Shown here one piece after another: positions 34,864 to 46,700 of a stretch of 64,000 nucleotides of DNA (within the stretch, counting starts at the first letter, position 1; each line of letters opens with the position of its first letter). The translations under genes were made by a program, and so were the position numbers. The notes under the pieces are model-generated. The model had not been told where the DNA came from. It did no database searches and saw nothing but the letters and a program-made list of their open reading frames with translations. Location of the stretch: NCBI RefSeq assembly GCF_009914755.1, contig NC_060925.1; one strand, given 5' to 3'. The stretch comes from the human T2T-CHM13v2.0 reference genome, Homo sapiens.

Positions 34864-36223
34864 CTCACGGGATTAGCTTGCTTTCTCAAATTGTCTGTAA
34901 TTTAAGAACATGAACACCTTAATCCGTGAGGATCCTGAGGAACCTCAATTGAGAATGATTCCTAAATCGAATTTGAGTTTGCTTCTGTCTTGCTTTGGGT
35001 TACTATCAATCTAGTATCACTTCAACTGAATTGCTCAACTTTAAATTTCTTGGGCCAAGAAGGTTAACCATGTTAAATCACATGAGAGTATGACTGATTA
35101 CATATTCCCAGGGAAGCCTCTTTTACCCCCATATCTCTAGCCAAGGCAAGAGAAACGTCCTCATTTTCTTCCCCTCAGGCTGTTAGATTTTATTCCAGCC
35201 CACTCTCTGATTGAGGGTAAAGCCTTAGAAGTTAATGGTTTTATGTAGAGGTCTTAAGCTCAACTGTCAACAAATGGATCCACAGTCTTTTCTCCTAACC
35301 CTCACACAAAGCCATTCTAACTCAAAACTCTAGGTTTCTATATTAGTACATGTTAGGCCGTCCTGCCTTCCACATTCATTCGGCACTTGAGTTTTAGCGT
35401 CTATGTGTTTTTTCCCAAGAGATTTCCCTACTGTTGAGCAAAGTGGAGCTTCCTCTGTTGCAAGCCACTGTTCAGCAATAGGCTCCTGCGAATACTTTCT
35501 GCTACTAGATAAAAAGACCAATAGCAGGATAAGTCACACAGTCCCCTGTAAAGGTTTCTTTAGATGAAGGTGCAGCTGGAAACACCATGGGTTGGATCAA
35601 GGAGGAAATTACAACCCTAAATCACATGAGAGCCCTAAAGCAAGAAAGGGCTCCCATAGACACTCCCGCTTTTTAAAGTAAATCTATACTGTCCTTGCAA
35701 AAGGAGACAGTCTGAGCTTGCTGCCAACTGCTCAGGGAAGCTGCATGTTTAGAACACCAGCTGTTACTATCTAGAAACACTGTAGGAAGTAGAACCCATG
35801 TAGTCCTTACCACTGAATGAGGGGGTGCCACCAGCTCTGCTTCAATGTGGAAGAAGCCAGCAATGCTATTCATCAAATGTTGTTTGTCTCTACACACTTA
35901 CTTTCTTGGCAGCTCAGCTAAGCATTTAAAAAGATCTTTTTAAAATATAATTTATAGTGCATCTAGGTATCTTGTAACGGAATAATTTTCAGAAAAATCC
36001 TGTCAGCAACATTACAAAAGTGAAGTCAATTGATTATTCTTTATTATTAACTTCAAACCATCCCTCTAAACTCATTTACATTAATTTTTTGTTCCGAGAA
36101 AGTGAAATGTTGTATCTCATTCTAATATTACAGGGTGTTCTTTTATTGAGAAATGTTTCCTTCTAATGAAATGTGAAACTATGAATGCCAAAGGCTACTG
36201 AATTCAAGCTGTATTTTTATATC

Positions 36224-36733
36224 TGATATAGTTTAGATATTTGTCCCTGCTCAAATATCAGGTTGAACTGTAATCCCCAATGCTGGAGGTGGTGCCTGAT
36301 GGAAGGTGTTTGGGTCATGAGGGCAGATCCCTCATGGCTTGGTGCTGTCTTCACCATAGTGAGTGAGTTCCCGCAAGATATGGTCGTTTAAAAGTGTGTG
36401 GCACCTCCCCAGTGCATGCTCACACTCACTCACTCTTTCTCTCTTGCACTCTCTCCCAAACCCTTGCCTTCCTCCCTCCCTCTCTCTCTTGCTCTCACTC
36501 TCTTACTCTCCCCCAACCCCCCTGCCCCGCTCACTTACACTTGCTCCGGTTCTCATTCCTATTCTCACCATATGATGTGCCTGTTCCCCATTTGCCCTCT
36601 ACCATAATTGGAAGCTTCCTGACGCCTCCCCAAAAGTAGATACCCCTATGCTTCCTGTACAGACTGCAGAACAATAAGCCAATTACCCAGTCTCAGGTAT
36701 TTCTTTATAGCAGTGCAAGAACAACCTAATACA
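36224..36733 (+). mobile_element. MST-family (MSTA/MSTB) solo LTR with an internal CT-rich expansion
   Basis: TGATAT...TAATACA termini and 5-bp TSD ATATC/ACATC. Confidence 0.85.
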
Positions 36734-38074
36734 ACATCTAAGGTAAAAGTGGGTTTTTTCATATTTAGTGTTAACTCATGGGAACGTCATGTACTCTTTT
36801 ATTACCAGAAGTTACCTAATTTCTGGATATTCAAGGTTTTACTATATCTAACTTTCAAAGAAATAGCAGAAAAACAAAACAAAAAAAACCACTACATTTG
36901 ACACTAAAACCATACAAGATTAATTTTAATCATTTTCTATGATTTAGAAGATACGTATCAGTGTTTTTACATGCAAAAGAGAAATCATTGTGAATATCAC
37001 TTATTTTTTAAAGCATAAGTTAGAGCTTTCCCTTTAGTTAGATATAAGCTTTTAAAATACCTTGCTTATGCATAGCAATTACAGTAGTTACAACTGTATG
37101 TCACACTGTATAGTTCCTTATCACCTGTTTCAGTACCTTAAAGGAAAAGTACCAAAGATTGCTATAAAGCATGCAATCTTTAAATCACCTAAGAGAAATA
37201 TAAAATACTATTTTCTTGCTCCATCTCTCAATATACATGCTCTAAATATACACATCTTTGCTATAAAGAAATAAACATTATAAAAATTAGATATATTAAT
37301 TTTAATAAAACCCAGTTTAAACTGCTTACCAAGTATCTCTGAATCTCTGGCTGGCAATATAGTTCAGGCCAAGCAAACTAAGTCCATTACTACTTGCAGT
37401 GTAGTACAATATAATTCTCAGCCAGCACACTTAGTTATCATGTGACATAGGTATTCTGAGATCATATCCTAAGAACTCTTATATTTCATTATTTTGTCTG
37501 CTCTTTACTTCTTGGGAAATCATACTAGAACATATTAATATTAGAAGCTGATGCCATCAGATAAGGAACAGAGAACGGCTCTTAATATTGAAGTTAAAAT
37601 GAAGGAACTGAAAAAGGCATTCCATACAATATAAGCTGCACGCTTCCCTTAGTAAAAGTACTTTCAGAATAATAAGTCACAATTTCATCAAATTAAAGAA
37701 AGTACCAAGCCTGGAATATCTTTGAGTATAACAAGAACTTTGTATATAATGAATGAATTTAAAGCAGAGAAAGATGGAGCATAATACAGCTCGTCAATGT
37801 TGGTAAGTCCCCTGATTTTCCTTTATTTTTATGAGAAAAATAATTTCAAAATGAAAATCTTTAATTACTTGATAGTAATTTATCTATAACATCTGTAGAA
37901 AAACATACTTTAAACAATATTTACTATATTAATTTAATAAAAGCTCACAAAAATAACCTTACTTTGACTTTTTAGGTCCACTTTGGCATTATTCAAAAAA
38001 TTTTTATTATTAAATTTTGATTTTTTTGATTAAGCCCTGAGAAATCAGCTTTCTAACAAATAAAAGTTAACAGC

Positions 38075-38175
38075 TGTGACCCAAAATTGGTATCCAACAT
38101 CAAGGATATCATGAGCAAAGATCACAGATCCGTATCATTTACCAGGTCCATTTTTCCCCCACAATAAAAGCCATA
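38075..38175 (+). repeat. Source copy of a 101-bp dispersed direct duplication
   Basis: 93/101 identical to 39600-39700 by manual alignment. Confidence 0.95.
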
Positions 38176-38674
38176 AATAGTTCAATACTAATATGGCAAT
38201 GTCAGAATGAGTATTAAAAAAGACTAATAGGCTATAATACTGAATTAACACTAGTAAGATAAAAACATAAAGAAATAGGCATAAATCCTGAAATTGAGTT
38301 GTTTTTTGTTTTGTTTTGTTTTGTTTTTTAAGTCAGCTACACTGGTAAGTATGGGAAAGTCAGGCTAATAATAATTCCTGTCAGAATGGGCTATAGATGG
38401 CATGGCTGATAAAAACACAAATCAAGCTATAGAAACAGAACTATAATACACCAAATAAAGATGGCATTGTATTGCTCATTGTATCTCTTGCACTGGAGGA
38501 AGACATCAATATGACTGTGATGAGTTTTAGATGGCACACTTTTAAAAAGGCATTGACAAAGTATGTTCATTTTATATACACTACCTTCAATCTTCAAAAT
38601 AACTCAGAAGGTAGAGAGTAGATCACCCTATGACAGATAAAGTATCTGAGTCTTAGAGAGATTAAATAAGGTAC

Positions 38675-39034
38675 TGTATTAGTCCATTTCACACTGCTAT
38701 AAAGAAATATCCAAGCTGGGTAATTTATAAAGGAAAGCATTTTAATTGACTCACACTTCCACATGGCTGGGGAGGCCTTAGGAAACTTACGAACATGGCA
38801 GAAGGCAAAGGGGAAGCAAGGACCTTCTTCATATGGTGGCAGGAGAGAGAAGTGCAAGCAGGGGAAAGGCCAGACACTTATAAAACCATCAGATCTTATA
38901 AGAACCCACTCACTATCACAAGAATGGCATGGGGGAAATCACACCATGACCCAATCACCTTCCTCCTTCTCTCCACACATGGGGATTACAATCCAGATGA
39001 GATTTGAGTGGGGACACAGAGTCAAACCATATTG
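38675..39034 (-). mobile_element. THE1D/MSTA-type solo LTR inserted in a MIR
   Basis: tgtattagtccatttcacactgctataaag...ggggacacagagtcaaaccatat, with TSD GGTAC/GGAAC. Confidence 0.85.
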
Positions 39035-39555
39035 GGAACCCAAAAAAAGCAAAATTTGAATGCAAGTCCATTCATCTCCGTGCTCTTTCTACTAGATCAT
39101 GTTGCCTTAAAAGTTTCTTCTAGCACTAGGAGGGGGCAATTTGGCCATACTTCACTTGTAGAATATTTGAAAACCCAGTAGCAAGGCACACCATTATGCC
39201 AACAAAAATTGACATTTCTGAAATGGGATTACAGATTTATATATTAATGTAAATGTCTTTTCCTTCTTGTTTTACCTAACAGCTACAATCCTAAAGTGTT
39301 ATTGTATAAATCAATTTTTAAAATGGAATACACTTTCCCCAATGATAAGCTAGAAATAAAGATTGTCTTATTACTAATTAGTAATAAATAATCCTCACAC
39401 ACAAACACCCCTTAACTTTTTTTGACCCTTCAATTTCTTGGTCAAGTATTTAATAACATGGAAACTAATATCTAAAAATATGCCATAAGTATCTGATAGA
39501 TTCATCTATTTCATAGATAAACTTCCATATTGTTAGGTTTTTTTAAAGCCTACAC

Positions 39556-39746
39556 TTACATATAGAGAGAAATTTTTACCATCCTTTATAAAAAATTTTT
39601 GTGACCCAAAATTGATATCCAACATAAAGGATATCATAAGCAAAGACCGCAGGTCTGTATCATTTACCAGGTCCATTTTTCCCCCATAATAAAAGCCATA
39701 TAAAAAAATTTACATATAGAGAGAAATTTTTACCAACCTTTATAAA
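39556..39746 (+). repeat. 101-bp inserted copy (39600-39700) between 37-bp direct repeats (39556-39592, 39710-39746)
   Basis: The repeat TTACATATAGAGAGAAATTTTTACCA(T/A)CCTTTATAAA has 1 mismatch between copies. Confidence 0.95.
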
Positions 39747-40089
39747 CTGACAATTCAATATCAAAATTATTTTTCTCTACCAGTTGCCTGAAAAAACAAC
39801 AATCATAATTTATTTGAAGGTATAACCTACCTTGATCGCCAGCATTTAAAAATATTAGACAGTTCCCTATATACAAATATATGATACTACTGCCATCTTC
39901 TGGTACAACACAATTTCCAAATTCTGTATAGTATTTCTATAAATGAGAATCCACCAAATATGAAATAACTAGTTTATATTACTGAAAGCAGAATTGATAA
40001 CCAGCTAAATGGCTAAAATGCAGTTCAAATAGAATTCTAGCAATAATTAATTTTTATCAGTGTGTGAGATAAGTTCTCTCAATAATACT

Positions 40090-40320
40090 TAACACTTACT
40101 GAGTGCTTCACTATATTTGAGGCATAGAATTAAGTGCTTTCTAAGCAAAATAAAAATTACTTTAATAACTATATGAGGTAGAGTTATTATTCTCATTTTA
40201 CAGATGCAGAAACTGAGGACAGAAGAGGTCCAGTAGTTTTCCCAAGGTTACATAGCTAGTAAACGGCAGAGGATCTGAATTTAGGAGCTTATTGATTCCA
40301 ATGACTTTGCTTTTATTATT
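40090..40320 (-). mobile_element. MIR SINE
   Basis: attttacagatgcagaaactgagg...cccaaggttacatagctagtaaacggcaga. Confidence 0.75.
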
Positions 40321-41442
40321 ATATTGTAATATCCCCTATAATGTCAGATAGTAGACAATAAGTAAGTCTGTTAACTCATTTAGAATGGTAAGATTTAATT
40401 TAGTGGAGTGGAACAATAATATTACAATTAGTGCAAAGATCAGAAGAGTCACATAAATCAAAAAGACATAAATCAAAGAACTAAAAGAAACCTTAAGGGT
40501 CTCAGAATTTATTTTTCCATATGATACAGAACTTTATCGTCTAAAAATCCAAATGAATTTGCCTCTAATTGTTTTATAAATATCATATGATTTGTAGATT
40601 TTATACAATCAAAAAGTTTAGGTGCTATGCATTTAGTGTTTAAATTAAAATTAACTTTGCTTTGACATATTTAAGAATATTAATAAACATTAGTTGGAAA
40701 CTACTACTCCTAGTAAACATATTTGCCAATTTATATTTAGAGATGTTTTATTAACACAAAGGGATATGGTACTATGTTGTGCTATACTATTTATATATAC
40801 TGATTTCTTAGAAGTCATAAAGCAACTCAATAGACGCTTTTGTTAATTACAGATAGGGCAGTGAAATAAACTGCTAAAAAACAAAAACAAAAAACTACCC
40901 ATGATATGACCAATCCATTTTGAAACTATAACAATAAGAACTTTATCCATATGCAAAATGACAAAATGAGTAATTTAATTATGTTTTGGTGCCTTTATAA
41001 ATTAAACGAATCACATCTAATTTCTGAAATTTCATTTTAATGAGCTTTTGAATAACTGAAGTGACAAACAGCTGTAAATAACAATATAAAATAAATGACA
41101 AAATAAAATGCTGAGATAATGTGGAATTATACTGATGAGTAAATTAATCACTTTGAAAAATATAGTAACATGTAGAAAAGTATAGGAGAAATCCTGTCAA
41201 CTGTTACTTGAATCATTTTGGTGAATTTTTGGTTCATAAAGTTTTATAATTGTATCAATTTACTATCAGCAATTTTAAGCGAATCATGTGATCATAGTTT
41301 CATATTCTTCACAATCAATTTTACCCGAATCTCAAAGAGATGTTACTATTGAATATGTAAATTTAACTTTTGATTTAATTTCCTAGTAAATATTATAAAT
41401 AGACTAGAATCCATATGTTCAATAATGTAATATATACTATAG

Positions 41443-42558
41443 TAGGTCCTTTACATTTCCATATAAATTTTGGAATCAGCTTGTCAATCTCTACCGAAAA
41501 ATAAAAAAATAAAAAGCCTGCTGGGGTTTTGATTGGAATTGGGTTGACCCCAAATCAATAAGATCTCAGAAAAACAGTCAATATAAAATCAATTGTAATA
41601 CTTCTGCATTTGAGCAACAAACAAATGTAATGTTTTAAAAATAACATACAAAATGTTTAGGAATAAATTTAATAAAATGTGTAGGAAATATCTACAATAA
41701 AACAATATAGAGAAATTACATGAGATCTAAATAACTGTAGAGATATACTCACGGATTGTGAGGACTCAATACTGTTAAGCTGTGATACAGCCCAATATAA
41801 AGTTAATTCAATCCCAATCAAAATCCCAGTAGGCTTTTATTCTTTTTCTTTTTTTACTTTAAGAAACCTACAAGCTGATTCATAAACTTATATGAAAATG
41901 CAAAGAACCTAGAACACTGAAAACAACCTTGAAAATGAAAAAAAAAATTTGGAGGACTTATATAATTTCAGGAGTTTCTATAAAACTACAATAATCAAGA
42001 ATGTAATAGTGGTATAAAGATAGAAATATTACAATGCAACAAAATAAAGTCCAGAAATAGACCCCCAAAACATGATTTTTTGACAAAGGGATCAACATAA
42101 TTCAATGAGGAATAAATACAGATGCTGCTCAACTTATGATGGAGTTATGTCCCAATAAACTCATTGTAAATAAAAAATACTGTAAATTGAAAATGAATTT
42201 AATACCATGATAAACCCACTATGAAGTCAAAAATGATAAGTCGAACCATTGTAAGTAAGTTGGAGACCATCTGTAATTTTTTCAACAAATGTTACTGGAA
42301 TATTTGGATGTCCATATGGAAAAAAAAATGAACCTTAACCCCTACCTCACACAATACTCAAAAATTAATTCAAAATGGATCACAGACCTACACATAAAAG
42401 CTAAAACTATAAAACTTCTAGAAGAAAACAAGAAAATCCTAATGACCCTGGTTAAGCAAAGACTGCTTGCATAATAGGTACTAAGCATAAAGAAAAAATA
42501 AGTGGATTTCACCAACATTTAAATTTCTACCCTTCAAAAGACATCACTAAGAAAATGA
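41443..42558 (+). mobile_element. Old L1M ORF2 fragment preceded by a short inverted piece (41443-41547)
   Basis: L1 ORF2 motifs (atcccaatcaaaatccca, aaaattaattcaaaatggatca). The inverted piece covers the same L1 region as 41807-41911. Confidence 0.8.
42119..42273 (+). mobile_element. MER47-like TcMar-Tigger MITE (internally deleted)
   Basis: TIRs cagatgctgctcaacttat / gtaagttggagaccatctg with a TA TSD on both sides. Confidence 0.8.
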
Positions 42559-43130
42559 GGCTTGGCACCACAGCTCATGCCTCTAATCCCAGTGCTTTGG
42601 GAGACACAAGCAGGAGGATCGCCTGAGGCCAGTAGTTTTAGATCAGCCTGGATAACATAGCAAGACCCTGTCTCTAAAAAAAATGTAAAAGAGGCCTGGC
42701 AAGATGGCTCACACATGTAATCCCAGCACTTTGGGAGGCAGAGGCAGGTGGATTGCCTGAGCTCAGGAGTTCGAGGCCAGCCTGGGCAACACGGCGAAAC
42801 CCCGTCTCTACTAAAATACAAAAAAATTAGCCAGGCATGGCAGCATGCACCTGTAGTCCCAGCTACTCAGGAGGCTAAGGCAGGAGAATTGCTAGAACCC
42901 GGGAGGCGGAGGTTGCGGTGAGCCAAGATTGTGCCACTGCACTCCAGCCTGGGCGACACAGCGAGACTCTGTCTAAAAAAAAAAAAGTAAAAGAAAAATT
43001 AGCCAGGCATGGCAGCTTGAGCTTGTAGTCCCAGCTACTTGGGAGGCTGAGGTGGGAGGATCACCTAAGCCTGAAAGTTCAAGGGTACAGTGAGCTATGA
43101 CTCTGCATAGGCAAGAGAGAAAGACCCTGT
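42559..43130 (+). mobile_element. AluJ with an AluS (42693-42986) inserted in its central A-rich linker
   Basis: Order is left arm, full AluS, right arm. TSD ...GTAAAAGA flanks the AluS. Confidence 0.9.
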
Positions 43131-43180
43131 GAGGGAAGATGAGGGAAAGAAGGGAGAGACAGGAAGGAGGGGAGGGGAGG

Positions 43181-43533
43181 TGCATTAGTCTGTTTTCACA
43201 CTGCTGACAAAGACACACTCGAGACTGGGAAGAAAAATAGGTTTAATGGACTCACAGTTCCTCATAGCTGGGGAGGCCTCAAAATCATGGCAGAAGGCAA
43301 AAGGCGCTTCTTACTTGGTGGCAGTAAGAGAGAATGAGAGGGGAGCAAAAGCAGAAGCCCCTTATAAAGCCATCAGATCTCGTGAGACTTATTCACTACC
43401 ATGAGAACAGTATGGGGGAAACCACCCCCATGATTCAATTATCTCCCACCGGGTCCCTCCCACAACACATGGGAATTAGGGAAGTAAAATTCAAGATGAG
43501 ATTTGGGTGGGGACACAGAGCCAAACCATATCA
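43181..43533 (-). mobile_element. THE1B/C solo LTR
   Basis: tgcattagtctgttttcacactgctgac...gccaaaccatatca with a perfect 5-bp TSD GGAGG. Confidence 0.92.
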
Positions 43534-44890
43534 GGAGGAGAGAGGAGGGAACGGGAGGGGAGGTGAGGGCAGGGGAGAAAAATTCAGACTAGGTAAGTTT
43601 CTTCTAACCCACTAACATAAGAGGTGAGTGTTTAGAGTTCATAATGTCTTAGATTCTGTTTTTCCTTAGGTAATTCTATAGAATTTAGACTTCTACAAAT
43701 TTGGTAACACTAAAATGTGCAAAATTTTTACAGTCACAACCTGGAGGATATCTTCCTAATACAGAAAAGATACAAAACTGGTAACCTCAGTAAAAGGTTT
43801 TCTGACACAGAATTACCACCAGATTCAAAAAACCCAACTCTTTGAAGAGGAAGAGAGTTTATCTGTCTGCATACTTATCCAAAGCCAGCCTATGTATACT
43901 ACGATGAAGCTGTTTAAAATCAAGTTACCTAAGCAAAGCTTATTACAATCAGTCCTTATTTTACCTCATCTGCTCTTGCAAATAAATTACAACACAATTA
44001 GTAAGACATATGCAGAAACAAAGGGTTGTTACTATATAACTTTATCTTACTTAACATATGTAAGTTTCAGAAGACACATAAAAACAATTCTTATTTCATA
44101 AAGGTACTCCCAATCAGTTTTATGTACTAAAGTTCTCCATCATATCTGATTTTACTCTAGTGTACTACACAAAATATAAAATATGAATAACTGAATCAAT
44201 GGACTCCACTGTTTCCCTAATATGTGTAGAAAGTATTTCTAACTGTCAATTTTAATAACAGTGTGTTGATAATTTAACCTAAGATTTTTTTAAATGCATA
44301 TATACTCCAGCCTATAATTTCCTTAATAAAATAGTTTTTTATGATATCTGATCTCTCATTATATACTTTAAATAAACTTTGGATTGCCATTCATATTTGC
44401 ATGCAAACAGCACCTACATACAATGAGATAATATTTATAGCATCTATGTAAAAATTCCTGAACCACTGGGAGCCTGATTCTCATAAATTAACTGAATAAA
44501 GTACACCAATAATTATGAAGCCATCTGGTAAATAGCAACATTGTAAATAAAATTTATTTATAAACACTAGAGGGTGCTCTAATTCAACAGTGCTTGATAT
44601 CTGGCTGTGATATTTAAAGTAATTTTCTCCTTGATTAAAAACAACAATCTTCGGCAATGACAATTTTTGCTACTGTGCTAATACATACAAATAATTTAAG
44701 AGCCAAATTCCATTCTTCCAGAACATATAACAAAACAATTTGTCAACATAGGCAATATAAAAAAAACGCAAATTGTGACATCAAAAATTCAAAATGTCGG
44801 GGGAGAGGGAGTTAATGTGCACAGGTTTTGGTTTGTTTGTTTGCTTCTTTTCTCTTTTTTGGTGATTGAAGTTACGTTAGCATCAGTTTT

Positions 44891-45193
44891 TGTTTTTTGG
44901 TTTTTTTTTTTTGAGACAGAGTCTTGCTCTGTCGCCAAGCTGGAGTGCAGTGGCGCGATCTCGGCTTACTGCAGCCCCCGCCTCCTGGGTTCAAGCAATT
45001 ATCCTGCCTCACCCTCTTAAGTAGCTGGGACTACAGGTGCGCACTGCCACGCTCAGCTAATTTTTTTGTATTTTTAGTAGAGATGGGGTTTCACCATGTT
45101 GGCCAGAATGGTGTTGATCTCCTGACCTAGTGATCTGCCCACCTTGGCCTCCCAAAGTGCTGGGATTACAGGCGTGAGCCACCACGCCCAGCC
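44891..45193 (-). mobile_element. AluSc-like
   Basis: Full dimer with the tcgccaagctgg deletion diagnostic and TSD ATCAGTTTT. Confidence 0.9.
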
Positions 45194-46414
45194 ATATCAG
45201 TTTTAAATAACTTATTAGAACTATACGATTTTTAATGAACCTAATGGTAACCACAAAGCAAAAACCTATAATAGATACACTAAAAGCAAAAAGCAATGAA
45301 TTAAAACATACTACCAGGGAAAATCATTTAATCGCAAAGGAAAATAGAAAAAAAGGAAGAGAGGAGTTACAAAATAACTAGAAAACAAATAACAAAATGG
45401 CTACAGTAAGCCCTTACCTACCAATAATAATACTGAATATAAATTGACTAAATTCTCCAATTAAAAGACATCATAATTAAAAGACATGACTAACTGGATT
45501 AAAAAACAAGACCCACCTATATGTTGCCTACAAGAAACTCACTTCACCTATAAAGATACAGACAAAAAATGAACAAATAGAAAAAGATATTTTATGTAAA
45601 TGAAAACCAAAAAAGAGCATGAGTAGCAATGCTTATATCAGATAAAACAGACTTTAAGTCAAAAACCATAAAAAGAAACAAAGAAGGTCATCATATAATG
45701 ATAAAGGAGTCAATTTAGCAAGAGAATATAATAATAGTAAATATGTATATACCCATTGCAGTATTACCCAAATATAAAGCAAATATGATTAGATCTAAAG
45801 GAAGAGGCAAACTGTAATACAATAATAGTATAGCACTTCAACACCCCACTTTCAACAACAGACAGATCATCCAAGCAGAAAATCTACAAAGAAGGATTGG
45901 AGTCTATACTCTAGACCAAATGGACCTAATAGACATTTATAGAACATTTCAGTCTGCTGCTGCAGATTATACATTTTCCTCATCAGCACATAAAACATTA
46001 TCCAGGATAGACCATATGTTAGGTCACAAAACAAGTCTCAACAAATTCAAAAAAGCTGAAATCATTTCAAGTATCTTTTTCTGACTATAAAAAAAAAACC
46101 TAAAAGTCAATAACAAGAGGACCTTTGGAAAACTATACAAATACATGGAAATAACATTCTCCTGAATAACAAATGGGTCAATGGAGAAATTAAGAAGAAA
46201 ATTTAAAAATGTCTTGAAACAAATGAAAATACAAACACAACATATCAGAATATGGGATACAGTAAAAGTAGTATTAAAAGGAAAGTTTATAGCAATAAAC
46301 GCCTACATCAAAAAGAAAGATTTCAAATAAACAACTTAACTATGCAACTTAAAGAACTCAAAAATCAAGAGCAAAACAAATCCAAAATTAGTAGAAGAAA
46401 AGAAATAAGGATCA

Positions 46415-46700
46415 GACTGGGCGCAGTGGCTTACACTTGTAACCCCAGCACTTTGGGAGGCCAAGGTGGGAGGATCGTTTGAGCCCAGGAGTTCAAGACC
46501 AGCCTAGGCAACATACGGAGACCCCCATCTCTACAAAAAATAAAAAGAAATTAGCCTGGTGTGGTGGTGCATGTCTGTAGTCCCAGTTATGTGGGAGGCT
46601 GAGGCAAAAGGATCGCTTGAGCCCAGGAGTTCCAGACTAGCTTGAGCAACAGAGCAAGACTCAATCTCAAAAAAAAAAAAAAGAAAGAAAGAAAGAAAAA
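46415..46700 (+). mobile_element. AluJ-age dimer whose right arm lacks the right-arm-specific insert
   Basis: The second monomer ends ggagttccagactagcttgagcaac, which is left-arm-like. Confidence 0.85.

Noticed and set aside
37330-37468. Possible 139-nt poison exon with a strong donor TTG|gtaagc
   Set aside because: The acceptor lacks a pyrimidine tract, so it cannot be distinguished from a chance pseudo-exon.
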